Shown one piece after another: positions 14,023 through 27,379 of a DNA stretch of 64,000 nt (positions are counted from its first letter, which is position 1; each line of letters begins with the position of its first letter). Position numbers and translations under genes: made by a program. The DNA is from Hypanus sabinus (taxonomy: Eukaryota), in NCBI RefSeq assembly GCF_030144855.1, contig NC_082722.1:25048001-25112000 (forward strand). The letters run 5' to 3'. The notes under the pieces were generated by a model. That model did no database searches. It saw nothing but the letters and a program-made list of their open reading frames with translations, and had not been told where the DNA came from.

Positions 14023-14100
14023 GTGCCTTTAATTTCCATAACATCCAAATTAAAGGTAAATAGGTGTCTTTAATTTGGATGCTGTTTTAATTAAAGGCAC
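14023..14100. repeat. 78-nt imperfect palindrome (hairpin/cruciform)
   Basis: gtgcctttaatttccataacatccaaattaaag, 12 nt loop, ctttaatttggatgctgttttaattaaaggcac. Confidence 0.8.
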
Positions 14101-14989
14101 ACCTACTGCGTAATGTGAGATCTTGAAACAGAAACAGCACAGCATAAGGCAAGCGTATGTGGTTTTTAAAGGAATACTATTTTCAATAAATAGAAAATTA
14201 TCCTCGTGACACTAACAAAAAGAAACCAGCTATGACCATAAATCATGCATTAGCAAACTCTTGGCTGTTAATCCACTACACACTTTGGAACTGACAACCC
14301 AGTAAGCTAAATTCCTGATCAGCACGAATGCATCGTTGAGCTTTCTGTGTGTTAGTAAGGTTCACTGTTCATTCAAATCATTTTTATAGGATCCAGCTGG
14401 ATGAATATTAATTATTTATTTTCATTTGCTTCTTCAGTTATTTGATTTAGCCCTTTCTCCAGTGAGGCAGTAATCTGAACCAGGCAGCTTTGTTACAATA
14501 CTGTCTAGAAGCCCTCACACATTGTTCATGTATGACCAAAATATCTCAATATAAGCAAGAGTTAAATAAAACATTCCATCACCAATTAATACCATGTATT
14601 CCTTTATGTTCATTTCATTCTACGTTCACTTCCTACAAAAACTCTTCAAATCAAATTGTCAAACTCCCAAGGGTCAGCCTCATTACTCACCACAGACTTG
14701 TATATACAGAAACAAAAGGTTTCAACTGCTTCTTAGGTCTCCAGCTCCTCTCTGCTGACATTAAAAGTTATTTTGGCTTATTGATTAGATAATTTATCCA
14801 AGGTAACATTTTGTATAAATATTATCAGAGCTCTAAAGATGTTACTTCTCAAGGCATTTATGAGCTCTACTCCTTGGTTTCCCTATCAGTGTTGCTCAAA
14901 GTCCAAGTGATATTAATTTGAGCATGTAGACATCCAGAATGCAAGACCATTGTTGCTCAAAGTCACTGACTGCATTTCTTCAGGACGTC

Positions 14990-15770
14990 ATTCCTCCAAC
15001 CATTTCTGCATCAGTCACAAGATACACAGGATGGCAAATCCCATTGTTTCAATCTGCTCCTGTGCCACAGAACTTCCTTTCCTTCCATGACTCTGTTCAT
15101 TCTGTTTCAGTCCAGTTCCTCCCTACTTACATCGGATCCACTTTCAACGGACAGCTGCCAATTTCCTAGTCCCAATCTGCTCATTTTTCCTACGAATGTC
15201 CAATCCCACTACACTTCCACTCTGTACCAGCAATGTCTGCAGGTTCTTTGTCTCCTCCTTAAAATAGATGCTCAATCAATAGACCCTCCACCCACTCCAA
15301 AGGCTTTCCATGCCTGATGGAATGAATTCTCACATTAAACAAATAACCCTTTTTTCCAAAATCAAAGGTATGACCCATGTTTGCCTTGGTGGAGTACGTG
15401 GCAAATTCCTTACTTCACTTCAATTTTGTTTACTGATGTTTTCGACTTTGGTACAGAACTTGAAGGTCTCATCACCTTTATTTGCAGCTTCCATCCTGCT
15501 TTCACTCACCTAATCACTCTTTGCCTCGTCTTCCATCAACTTCCCTCCCTGCAGCCTTCACCACTATAATTGTTAATTTAGTCTGTGTCCACTATCATAG
15601 CCATTCCAATTATTCTCTTTGTTCTGCACCCTTTCTGAAATCTGAAGCTTGCTGGATTTATAATTTTCTACATGATGATGATAAATCATCAATCTGAAAC
15701 ATTAACTGTTTCTCTCTCCACAGATGGTGTTTGATCTGCTGAGTAGTTCCAGTATTCCCTGTTTTTATTT
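14990..15770 (+). mobile_element. Old Penelope-like element remnant with terminal pLTR
   Basis: Pyrimidine-rich RT remnant (QIKGMTHVCLG) and terminal 'ctgaaacattaactgtttctctctccacagatg..tgctgagt' block shared with other pLTR copies. Confidence 0.5.
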
Positions 15771-16292
15771 TATAAACACAAGTCAGCTGTGATCATTTGA
15801 TCTCTTACTCATTCATTGTTGGGTAATGCAAATATAATCCCGGAACTCGGGTGCAGCTAACACCCATTGACAGACTTTGTCTTTGTTAAATTAAGAATTA
15901 TCCAGTACTATACATGGAAAGCACACCATGCCAATTCTCTACAATGGCATAGTCCTTGTCAAATCAAAGTTATTTGGAGTCGGTATGCAAATTAAGCTTC
16001 AGCTGACAACCAATCATGTAATAAATTAGAAAGCTTTGTTTCCAGGCAGTGCTGGAAGCCTGATCTGTCTAATTCAATCACATGTGATTACCAACCTGCA
16101 GGAACATTGGATCTAGGTAAAATTTTGGAATAATACGGTAACTTGACAGTTTGGGGATCAACGGTGAAAATATGGGCTGGGAAAGTTGAGGTATGTGTAG
16201 AGTCAGCCATGCAGCATAGAAGCAGACCACCGCATCCACGCCTACTATCGACACTCATTTACCACCACACTGTATTGGGAAAATCTACGTAC

Positions 16293-16422
16293 TTATTTGT
16301 CCAGGGTACACAATGGCTTCCAGTGAAGAGCATTCATAGTAGCATTCTGCAGGGGGTTCCAGCTTCCAGTGCTTGATGCCCCTGATTTGGGCCTGCCAGG
16401 ATGGATTATCTACATCATCAAT
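16293..16422 (-). CDS. JmjC-like/cupin membrane protein, coding exon 3 of 4
   Basis: Acceptor tactccttag|, donor a|gtacgt; 130 nt; IDDVDNPSWQAQIRGIKHWKLEPPAECYYECSSLEAIVYPGQI, containing the Asp of HxD and a GxKxW motif. Confidence 0.92.
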
Positions 16423-16859
16423 CTAAGGAGTAAAGACACGTTAAAAATAACATTTTTTATATTAAGTTCCAATGCCAATAACTCAAAAACAGTTTTTTCA
16501 GAGTTGTGCAGCACTGAAAACCTCTTAGGCCCACAACCATCATGCCGATCTTCACCAACTCTGCCTGCCGGGATTAATTTCATATTCCTCTACAGCCTGT
16601 TCTTGTCGTCAGATGAGGATTGAACACCACATTCAAGTTAAATTTGTACTATAAAAATTACTTTGTACAATTACCTTTTAAACACATTCATTAAATAGAT
16701 GCTGAGGAATGTCAGGGCAAGGGGTTGCAGTTGGAAAGAAAATAAAACACTGATGCGCGTTCAGCTTTAGGAATAATCTCTTTCCACTTTACCTTGAAAT
16801 CTAATTTCAATGTACTGTACTCTTACTCTGTAAATAAAGTAAGTTTTATAGGTCACACG

Positions 16860-17450
16860 CTCATCTTAGGCTGTCCATCAGGATCGGGAATGGCTTGATT
16901 TCATTTCAATTCTGTGAGTTTAGATTACTGATGAGATCTGCAAACTCTGGCAGTTAGGGCAGATGTTGATGAGTGGTGTAGAAGGTTGTGCGCTCCTTTC
17001 ACTGCTTAAAGTGGGCTTGTGTGTGCTCTAGAGAAAAGATTATAGGTTCACAATGGCCTCCTAAAGCTTGTTCTCCATTTGAGAGTTCACGGACCACCTG
17101 TGGCCACAAATCAATGGGGACATTACACTTTTGCTGAGGAGGCTTTGAGAACATTCTTGAATTTCTTGCCCTGATAAATGCAGTAGTTTCAGTATTATGG
17201 TGTTGGATATCACTTACAAGCTACCATGCCAATGGATTTAGAAGATATTGTAATTTTGCAGACAGTGTTGGTGGTACCTCTACAGTGTTTTGGGATATTT
17301 ACTGTATGATTCAGATGTGTACCAGAAGGTCTGTGTTGCTGTTGTAATAGGTTTAGTGCCAGATTTAGGATCTTCAAACATTCTTTTCCTCAGATGGCCA
17401 AGGGCTGTGCAAGCTAAGAAGGCCAAACAACTGTACAAGCTTAATATAAC
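16860..17450 (-). mobile_element. RTE (BovB-like) LINE 3' remnant
   Basis: Minus strand at about 17125-17175 reads QGKKFKNVLKASS, like the RTE C-terminal QRKRFKDxLKASL motif. Confidence 0.5.
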
Positions 17451-18239
17451 AGCACTATTATGATGTGCAGAGATGCACAGGTGATGAAGGACAGCTGTGC
17501 TGGGACGTCATGCCGGCAGACCAGCAAAAATGAGGGCTGGTGGTCCATGTGATCAGCAAGTCATCCTTTCATTCCAGGGCAGGAGGCCAGTGAGACTGGA
17601 GTTTGAGGCAAGGTGCTCAGGGTCTTATCATCAGTGAGTCCAGAGTTCAAGGTCCTCATACATAGTCATCGGTGTGTCCTGGGGTCAGTATCGAAGCTCA
17701 AAGGCCAAAGGTTATCTGGAAGCCTGGAAGTTGAAGTCCATTGGCTGAAGCCCTGAGTCTGTGATTTCACTGGGGAAGTTGAAAGCCCAGAGATGGCCTA
17801 AACCTGTCCTGAGGCTAAAGAGCTGTGTGTCTGTAAGTGGGGAGGCAAGGGGTTTGTTTTGGTGTTGTCTTGTGGTTGTTGATCTGTTGCTTGTGTTGTT
17901 CTGTAAACATAGTGGGCATACCTTATTGGCACTACAATGTGTGGTGACACTAGTTGACAGCCCCCAGCACCTCCAGGGGTGTGGTTGTAATGCATTTCAC
18001 TATATTTTGATGTACATGTAATAAATAAGTGACTGAAACACGAGTCCCACTCTGGGATGAGTGTCCCTATTGTGTCTGCGGCCAGTGAAAGCAAAGGAGC
18101 AGGAAGATCCGAACTTTCCTGGGTTCCATTTTCCCTAGGCTGTCCACTCAGCCAGCTGTGATTCCTTTCCCCTCACCACTTCCAATGCTCCCCAGAGCTC
18201 CTGACTGTTGACAATTATTGATGTCCATACTGACGAGGG

Positions 18240-19570
18240 TTAGAACAACACACATAAAATGCCAGTGGAACTCAACAGGTCGGGGCGGGGGGGAGATAGA
18301 CAGTCAATGTTTCAGGCCAACACCCTTGAACTGGATTGGATTGGAATGGAAGGGGGAAGAAGCCAGAATAAGAGGGGGTCTTGGGGGGAGGGGAAGGAGT
18401 ACTAGCTAGAAACTGATAGGTGAAGCGCAGTGGATGGGGGAGGGGGAATAGTGTGAGAAGCTGAGAAATGATGTGGAAAGGATAAAGGGCTGAAGGAGGA
18501 GGAATCTGGTAGAAGAGAGTGGACCATAGGAGAAAGGGAAGGAGGAGGGGCACCAGAGGGAAGTGATAGGCAGGAGAGAAGAGAAGCGGTAAGAGTGGAG
18601 CCATGGTGGAGAAAGGAAGGAGGAAGAAGGGGGGAAAGGGGAAAAAGCTTCCGGACATTAGAGAAATCAGTGTTCGTGCCATCAGGTTGGACGCTACCCA
18701 GATGGAATATGAAGCGTTGCTCCTTCGATCTGAGAGGGTCTTCATCATGGCTGTAGAGGAGGCCATGAAACAACATGTTGGAACAGGAGCGTGGACTGCA
18801 ATTAAAATGGTAGGTCTCCAGGAATTCCTGCTTGTTTTGGATGGAGCAAAGGTGCTAGACTAAGTAGACCCCCATCTACACCAAGTACCGCCGATGTACA
18901 GGAGCTCACACTGGATACAGAAGACAACGACCTCAACAGATCTGCAGGTGAAGTGCTGTCTCACTTGTTTGGACTATTTTGGTCTAAATGGAGGTCAGAT
19001 GGGAGGTGAATTTGCAAGGGCAGCATTTATGTCACTTGCAGGAATAAGTGCCAGGAGGGAGATACCAGAGAGAGAGGAACGGACAAGGAAATCACACAGA
19101 GAATAATCCCTACGGAAAGCGGAGAGTGGGGGAAGAGGTAAAGATGTGTTTGGTGGTAGGATCCCATTGAAGATGGCAGAAGTCGCAGAGAATGATGTGC
19201 TGAATGCGGAGGGTCAGGGGCTGGTAGGTAAAGACAAGAGGAACTCTATCACTGTTAAGGCAGCAGGAATATGGGATGAGGCCAGATGTCTGGGAAATGG
19301 AAGAGATGCAAGTGACAGCAGGATCAATGGTGAAGGAAGGGAAAATCTATTCTTCGAAGGAGAAACACATCTCTGGTGTTCTGGAAGGGTAACCGTATTC
19401 TGGAAACAGATGTGGCTGAGACAAAGTAAATGAGAAAAGGACATGGCATTTTTACAGATAACCAGGGTGGGAAGAAGCAGGGTCATGATAGCTGTGAGAG
19501 TCGGTAGGTTTATAAAAGATATTGGTAGACAGTTTGCTCCAGAGATGGAGACACAGAAATCTTTGCGGGC
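18240..19570 (-). mobile_element. Penelope-like element remnant (RT C-terminus, GIY-YIG endonuclease, pLTR)
   Basis: ORF 18402-18776 HGLLYSHDEDPLRSKEQRFIFHLGSVQPDGTNTDFSN matches the GIY-YIG C-terminus; pLTR-type end at 18240-18330. Confidence 0.8.
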
Positions 19571-19769
19571 AGTCTACTTTCTTTTCCGTTTTGTGATCTT
19601 AACCTAGGGTTCCTCATGTTAGCTCTACACTGATTGTCTCACTCTCACCTTTCCACATCAGACACTGGGAAAGTAGGGAGAAAGAGGAGACAGAGAGCAA
19701 AAAGAGGAGAAAGGCCAGAAATAAAATTGTGGGCACGAGGAAATCTGCAGATGCTGGAAATTCAAGCAA

Positions 19770-19803
19770 GTCCTGACGAAGGGTCTCAGCCCGAAACATC
19801 GAC
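19770..19803 (+). ncRNA. Minimal type I hammerhead ribozyme motif in a Penelope pLTR-derived repeat
   Basis: GTC CTGACGA a GGGTCTCAGCCC GAAA CA TC GAC: conserved core, stem II and a short stem I. Confidence 0.7.
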
Positions 19804-19989
19804 ATTGCTTCTTCCTATAGATGCTGCCTGGCCCATGACCCAACTGAGATGTCGGGGCCCCACTTCATGTACCTTCAGGCAGAGAATCAGGTTTTGCCTA
19901 AGCTCTAATAACATCATAACTTTCCCTTTTATTGACCACAGTGTCTGAAGTTCGACTTAAATGATATATGATAGATCGTGGTCATTAAT

Positions 19990-21221
19990 CCATAATAAAA
20001 ATGGCAAAGCAGACCAAACGAAAAGTATAGGAGTATCTGAAATGTGGATTTACACCAACACCAAGCAGCCAATGTGCCTGTTCTGTGAAAACATTTTTCC
20101 AAACGAGGCAATGAAACTGTCCAGGCTCCTTGAACATTTGAAGAGAATATACTCTGATAAAGCAAACAAGAACTTGGCTTATTTTTAGTCCCTCTTTGCA
20201 AACTTTCAGAAACAGAAAACATCTCAAAACATGTTTGCCAGCACTTAACAAAACAGTGATGGTGTGCATGCTTCAACAACATTTCATTGCTCATTGCTAA
20301 AAATGGAAAGCCCCATACAATTGAAGAAGAACTAATTCTGTAAGGGAGGATCTTGGTACAATTTTGCATTAAGTCACCAGAACAAATAATTAAAGCAATT
20401 CCACTCTGCGACAACTCTATTCAAATGTCTGAGAACGTGGAAGATACATTGTGCAACATACCTAGGACAACAGAATTTGCTCTGCAGTTGGATGAGCCAA
20501 CTTTGCCAGGCAACAGCTCTTTGCTTCTTGGTTATGCTTGCTTCATAAAAGATGACAGCATGGTTCAAAAATTGTTATTTGCAAGAGGACTAGAAACAGA
20601 TATGACGGGGGAGTCAGTATCTCAGTTTGTTGAGCAATTTTTCAAAGGGAAGGATGTTCAGCTCACAATGATAGAATGCCACTGTGGCCTTATTATTTCT
20701 TGAAAGAAGCAGACCTAACATATCTATAATTCACTGTGTAATTCACAAGACAACATATTGTTTCCAAAAACCTAAGTAATAGATGTACAAATCATTAAAT
20801 ACTGTTTTCGATGAAATAGAACGCAAATTGCTGAAAGTAGGGATCTACAATTCCTTCTGAGTGACATTCAGCTTGATGCTGAGAAGCTGATATCACTGTT
20901 CCAAGCCCATCCATCTTGTTCAAAAGTGAAAAATCAATGAAGTAGTCACCAGTTGGACTACTAATGTATGCTCCACAATTATTTAAGAAAATTGAGTTTA
21001 CTATAATTAAATAATTTTATTTTTAGCTTTCAACAGATTTTAATAATTTTTGCAGTTATTTGTCACTGTTTTGAATCTGCCATTCCAATTTTCTTTCACT
21101 GTGCATCGCAAATCAAAATTCATATTGATTTTATATCAAGGCTAGAAAGGGAGAAGGAAAGGCTGGGGATGTGGTCTAGGAGATGAGGGGGTGGTAACCC
21201 AAAAAAGTATGGGAACCACTG
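19990..21221 (+). mobile_element. Decayed hAT (Charlie/ZBED8-SCAND3-like) DNA transposon
   Basis: BED-finger remnant QPMCLFCENIFPNEAMKLSRLLEHLK and catalytic remnant EFALQLDEPTLPGN; 3' TIR gggaaccactg ending 21221, followed by ccctagag. 5' end not resolved. Confidence 0.8.
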
Positions 21222-21330
21222 CCCTAGAGTAACAGAATCAAGAGTTAGAAAAGTGAAGTCAGTTAGGACCAGGAGGGATATCCTTTCTTCTGAGCTGCAA
21301 ACTAGTAACAGTTCATTTTAACATTCTTAC

Positions 21331-21466
21331 ATGCATACGGGCTCCATGCCCGGGCACTCCCATGAATATCCAGTCCATTTTGCTTGATTCAGAGATAGCT
21401 GGGATAAAATATGGCCGCTTGTAGTGCTGCCTCAAAATACTAGCTGCACTGGAATCACAGTTACTC
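21331..21466 (-). CDS. JmjC-like/cupin membrane protein, coding exon 2 of 4
   Basis: Acceptor ttttcttttgcag|, donor cat|gtaaga; 136 nt; (W)SNCDSSAASILRQHYKRPYFIPAISESSKMDWIFMGVPGHGARMH. Confidence 0.92.
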
Positions 21467-22018
21467 CTGCAAAAGAAAAATAAAGGGTTATAAAATGAAA
21501 TAGTAATCTGTTTCTTCCACTTGTTGCATTCTTAGAGACTACATAAAGGAGTTTTCACGTTTGAAGGAGCAAGAACACCTAGCCAACATTCTCCACCAAT
21601 AGCTTACTCTGCCCTATGACTCAAACGTTAGAGGGAGTGCCCATTAGCCCTATGAATATAAGATTTGTGCCAGCAGCACTGTGCATTTTTTCAATAAGTC
21701 TATATCCATGTTGACAAAAGAGATTGCTGATGCAGGAATCTGGAACAGGAAACAAGAACGCTATGAGAACTCAACAGGTCAAGCAGCATTTGTGAAAGTA
21801 AAAGGTGCACATCACATTTCAAGTTGAGATTCTTTATCAGGACTGCAGGAGCTGACTTTTGAAATAGCAGCAATTTATTAAAGACTGGTGCACACCAGGA
21901 GACCAGTCAAAGCTGATCTACCTGAGCATGAATTTGGTACAGTTTTTATATTCTTAGTTGACAAGATTACCAGTAAAGCCTCTTTTTGATAACAGAATTG
22001 TGGCAAAAGGAAGACCTA

Positions 22019-23522
22019 CCGTAAATTCCGGACTATAAGCCGCTACTTTTTTCCCACGCTTTGAACACTGCGGCCTATACTACGGTGCGGCTAATGCATG
22101 TTTTCTTTTTCATGCCGCCAAAAACATTTTGCCTCGTAACATTAGACTGTTATGAATCCCGTAACTGGAGAACTTACCAGCAAAGATAGAGAGGTCCGTT
22201 GAAGTCTGATGTCACTATTTTCAAACGTTTTATTTATAAAGGGATACAAAAGTAGGGTTAATACATACATTCAGATAGTGCACATCGTCAACACTCAATC
22301 TAAAGCGCAGGTATAGTAATACTCATCATTAAGTGAGCTCTGCTGTTGTCTAGGGGTTAATAGATTGTCCATTGGAAATATAAAAGTCACTCAGAAAGTC
22401 TGCAGGCCTCAGCCCTTTGAAAATCGCTGGGTTTCACATGGGGCGACCGAGAGAGAGAGATTGGGAAGAAGAGAAAGAACTTGCCGAATCTTGATGAATC
22501 TTCCGTGAAATCGGGGGAGCATTGGTTTCCTCTCCCCGATGTTAGTTAAAAGCGGTTTTCTGTGATTCCAGCCACAAATTCCAATCCCGGAATCTAACGC
22601 ACGTGGCTTCCTTCAGAATGGCTTCCCGCTGCTGCGGGATCACTCTCTCGTGTCCTCTGGGTGCGTCTGAGGGGCTGTCCCCCTGAGACTCTCCTTTATA
22701 CTTCCTCACGGGGTCACAGGTGTCAATCAGGTTGGGATGATGCAATCTCTCTCTCAACCAGCCCACCTTGCCCGAGGGCTTTTCACGTGGTCTCCATGAG
22801 ACAATAGTCGCTGTCGCCTTATTCTGTATCCCGGGTGGAACGTGCAATTTGGCATGTTTCTCTCTCTCTCTCTCTCCTACTGGGTCAACTGACCCCCCCC
22901 CCCACCCTTCCACGGGTGCTCTTGCGATTCTCACAAAGGAGGGGGCTGGGTTTCATAGCAAGACCAATAAAATTGATGAGTAGTTCACAGAGGTCCAATG
23001 AAATTGTACGATAAATCAAGCGCACTTTCACAATTAAATTATTGTAAATCAGTCATTTGTACTCACCCTCATCAACATGGAAAACACTCGAAGAAAAGCA
23101 TATGATGCAGCTTTTAAGTTAAAGGCAATCAATAACTTTTCCTGGTAGGCTGCAGTATATATATTTTTTTACCAGTCGTTAGGAGATATTGGAATGTTGT
23201 TCGTGCACTGTTCAGTAAAAAAGTATACGCAACGTAATTTGTGTGTTACCGATACGTATGTATATTTAAAAGTAGCTGTGTTACAGGCACTGTTCGAAAA
23301 AAAGCATTTGCAATATGTATTTGTTTGTTACCATACGGATTTAATTAAAAGTTAAAAAATCCTCACATATAATATCTTTCTGTGTAAATATCTCATATTA
23401 CAACGTGGGACACCTGTGGCTTAAAATCCGGTGCGGCTTGTACAAGTACAAAATTGATTTTCTTTCTAAAATTAGAGCGTGCGGCTTTTAATCAGGTGCG
23501 CTCTGTAGTCCGGAATCTACAG
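22019..23522 (+). mobile_element. Non-autonomous Tc2/pogo-type Tc1-mariner DNA transposon
   Basis: TIRs CCGTAAATTCCGGACTATAAG and CTGTAGTCCGGAATCTACAG flanked by TA; transposase N-terminal remnant MENTRRKAYDAAFKLKAI at 23077. Confidence 0.85.
22148..22960 (-). mobile_element. Solo LTR (Gypsy-like), 813 bp
   Basis: Termini TGTTATGAA...TTCATAGCA, 4-bp TSD AGAC (22144-22147 and 22961-22964), TATAAA near 22700 and AATAAA near 22230 on the minus strand. Confidence 0.85.
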
Positions 23523-24849
23523 TAATTAAGTAACAGACGAGGTCCTGATTACAGACAATCCACAGATCTAGCAGCAAATCTAGTTTTCTAATACAATAAA
23601 GGGTGTGTGCTATAATAGAATCAGTGAAGTTCCTGAACCTTGGGTGTCATCAGCGGTCCATTCCATGTCTCTACTTCTAGGCTTTGTCTACAGCTTAGTT
23701 ATCATATTAGCACAACTCACATCCCTATTTACGAGTTATTAGCTCTCACTATACTTACCACTAAAACAGGGCTGAGGGAATATTCTAATTCAACGAGGAT
23801 CAGCTGCAGCATGAAATGAAGCTCTGTAGTGAAACACCGGCCTGAGCTTTGATTTCCTGTGCACTCCCAGCTCTTCCCTCAACCATAACCCATCATAAAA
23901 ATTCAACTTTATTATATAGATAATTCTTTCATAACTTCCCCTCCAGCACAAAGAGCACAATAGCAAGAGCAAGTCATGCCTACATCAGCTATGATTCAAT
24001 GATATATTGCTACTAGGCATTTTTCTAAATATCAACTCATCTTCGTATTACACACTCAGTAACTCTGGATCTTTTTAAAGGCCTTTCTTGTAACTTCCAT
24101 GCATTTTCTTCTCCAAATTAATTAATTCTTAAATATTTACTTTTTCCATTGAAGAATAGAAACTAAAAATCTTAATCAAAAAGCCTTGGCTCTGCTCTAT
24201 CTCTAATACATGACCTGCTGAAGTAAGCTCCTTAAACATCACGATTGACATTAAGGACATTGAATCCATTACTTCATGGCATTATTTGAGAGCTGGCAGA
24301 TTGTACATGTTTCGCTAAAGGTTATTAGTTTGTAAGAATGAGAGGGCAACCTCACTGAATATATTCAACTTGGAAGTAGAGATAACTTCTAGGTTACAGG
24401 GAAATTGAGGCTTGTTCCAAGCAAGCAGAAAAGACCAGAAAACACAATCTTATTGAAAGGAGATTTTAAAAATGTATACACTGGCAATCGCAATTAAAAA
24501 CCAAAAACACTGGACAAATCTAAAGAAGGGTAGTGAATTTTCAATCTCAATTAAAAACCAAAATCATCAGACAAATCGGCCTTGGATCTGAAACATTTAC
24601 TGTTTCTCTTTCCAAAATTGCTGCCTGACCTGCTGAGATTTTTATAAATGGAAAAGCAGGCTCAAGGGACAGTATAGGCCATTCCTACTCTTATTTCTTT
24701 TACTCCTGTTATTTCCAGTCTATCATCCTCCAAATTTACCAACTTCTGATTTGACAATCTTACTCTATTTCATTTTCCTTTCTAGCTTAAATCTGAAGAT
24801 ACTCATCTGATCCAGAGGATGATCTACTCTACAGCTTTCAAAGGACTCT

Positions 24850-26020
24850 GGTACACAAATCACCTAGACTAGATGGACCACACCCACAGGGTACTGAAAG
24901 AAGCTGAAGAGATAGTGGAGGCAGTAATAGTGACCTTTCAAAAATCATTAGATTTTGAAAGGACTGGAAAATTACAAATGTCATTCCACTCTATAAGGAG
25001 AGGCAAAAGACAGAAAATTTATAGACTGACATCTCAGGGTTAGATGTTAGAGTCCATTACTAAGAATGAGGCTTTGGGGTTCTTGGAAGCCAAAGCCAGC
25101 AAGGTTTCCTTATGGGGGAAATCTAGCCTGACAAATTTGATGGAATTAATTAAGGAAATAACAGGCAGGATAGACAAAGGAGAGTCAGTGGATGTCGTTT
25201 ACTTGGATTTTCATAAGGCCTTTGAAAAGGTGCTGCACAGGAAGCTGTTAAGCAAAAGCCCACAATATTACATGAAAGATGAACAGAATATTGGCTGACT
25301 GGCAGAAGGCAGAGTGTGGGAGTAAAAGGGGTCTTTCCTGGTTGACTCGCAGTGACTAATGATGTTCCACATGTTTCAGTATCGAGTCTGTTACTTGTCA
25401 CAACATACGTTGATAATCAGGATAATGGAAAATGATGGCTTTGTGACCAAATTTGCAAACAATACAAAAGTAGGTGTAGGGGCAGATAGTTTTGAGGAAG
25501 CAGGGAGTTTATAGAAGGACGGACAGATTGGGGGAACAGAGGCATTGAAGAGGGTTCAAAGGAAGTGTATGAGAATGACCCTGGAAACGAAAGGGTTAAC
25601 ATATGAGGAATGTTTGATGGCTCATAGACTGTATTTGCTGGAATTCAGAATAAGGTGGAGGGGGGCGGAAATGTCTATGAAGCTTATAGAATGTTGAAAG
25701 GCCTAGATAGAGTGCACATGGAGAGGATCTTTCCAACAGTTGGAGAGTTACGGACAGGAGGGCACTGAGCAGAAAAACATTTATTTAAGACAGAGGTGAG
25801 AAATTTATTTAGCTAGATCTGAGGAATTCTTTGGCACAGATGGCTGTGAAGGCCAAGTCATTGGGGATATCAAGGTTGATAGGCTCCTGATTAGTAGGGC
25901 ATCAAAGACTATGGGGAGAAGGCAGGAGAATAGGGCTGAGAGGGAAAATAAATCAACCATGATCAAATGGCAGAGGAGACTCAATTGATAGAATGGCTTA
26001 ATTCTGCTCTCACGTCTTAT
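24850..26020 (+). mobile_element. Degenerate CR1 LINE 3' half
   Basis: ORF 25044-25298 IDKGESVDVVYLDFHKAFEKV (RT); CR1 tail near 26010. Confidence 0.85.
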
Positions 26021-26429
26021 GCACTCAACATCCTTGTATCCTAACTTTGCCAAAGTTGTCCCCAAATTTAATTTGATTCAGTATGTCAATATAATCTCAG
26101 ATCATTCACATGATTTACTACTTTGTATGTTACCATTTTTTGGCAAAGCAGTTACCCTATATTTAGATGTCACCAGATTCCTCAATAACCTGCCATTATT
26201 TACTTACGTTCACTATTTCCCATTGTCTGATAACTAAGGCAGTCCTTTTATTTACTGAGGACTCGCCAATGTTCTGTTCATTGGCTGCAGATTTAAGAAC
26301 ATAAAATACAAGCCCCACATCACAGGTCCAGTCCGTTCCCACCACAGAGCAGTGATGCAGGAAAGCGGCACCCATCGAGGACCACGCCCCCACCCAGGCC
26401 TTGCTCTCTTCTCACTGCTGCAGCAATCA

Positions 26430-27340
26430 GTTCAAAGTTAATGCATTATCAAAGTACATACATGTCACAATATATAACCCCGAGATTGATTTTCTTGCAG
26501 GCACACTCAATAAATCCGAAAAATAACAACAGAGCCAATGAAAGACTGCATCAAGTTGGGTGTTCATCCTCCTTGCAAAAGGCAACAAACTGTGCAAATA
26601 CAAAAAGTTTTAGGTGGTTGCATCTCCAAAGGAAGTAGAGGTGCTGCCTTGCATTCTTTGTAAATGCTGGGCCCAGGACAGGCCCTCTGAAATTATAACA
26701 CCAAGGACTTTAAAACTGCTGACTCTCACCACCTCTGATCCTCCACTGAGGACTTGCTCACAGACCTCCGGTTTCCTCCTCCTGATCTCAATAATCATCC
26801 CCTCGGTCTTGCTGACACTGAGTAAGAGGTTGTTGTTGTGGCACCACTCAGCTGTTTTCATCTCCAAACTTGAACATGGCATTGGAGCTGTGCTTCGACT
26901 CACAATCATAAGTGTAAAGTGAGTAGAGCAGGAGGTAAGCACCTGTGCTGACAGAGATTGTGGAAGAGATTTTGTTCCCAATCCAAACTGACTGGGGACT
27001 GCAAGTGAGAAAATTGAGGACCTAATTGCACAAGGAGGCTTGAGACCAAGTTCTTGGATCTTATTGATTAGTTTTGAGGGAATGTTGGTATTGAATGTTG
27101 AGCTGTAGTAGATAAAAAAGAGCATCCAATGAATGCATCTTTGCTATCCAGATGTTCCAGGGTTGAGTGAAGAGTCAATGAGATGGCATCTGCTGTAATG
27201 GTAGACAAATTGGAGCAGATCTAAGTCACCTCTGAGGCAAGAGTTGATATGCTTCATCACCAACCTCTCAAAAGACTTCACCACTGTGGATGCAAGTGCT
27301 ACTGGACGATTGTCATTCAGACAGGTTACCACGGAACCGG
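26430..27340 (-). mobile_element. Rex1/Babar LINE fragment
   Basis: ORF 27144-27332 CLNDNRPVALASTVVKSFERLV and ORF 26610-27125 WCHNNNLLLSVSKTEGMII. Confidence 0.85.
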
Positions 27341-27379
27341 TATAAGTGAAGCCTATTGAAGTAGGTGGGTACCTCCGAC

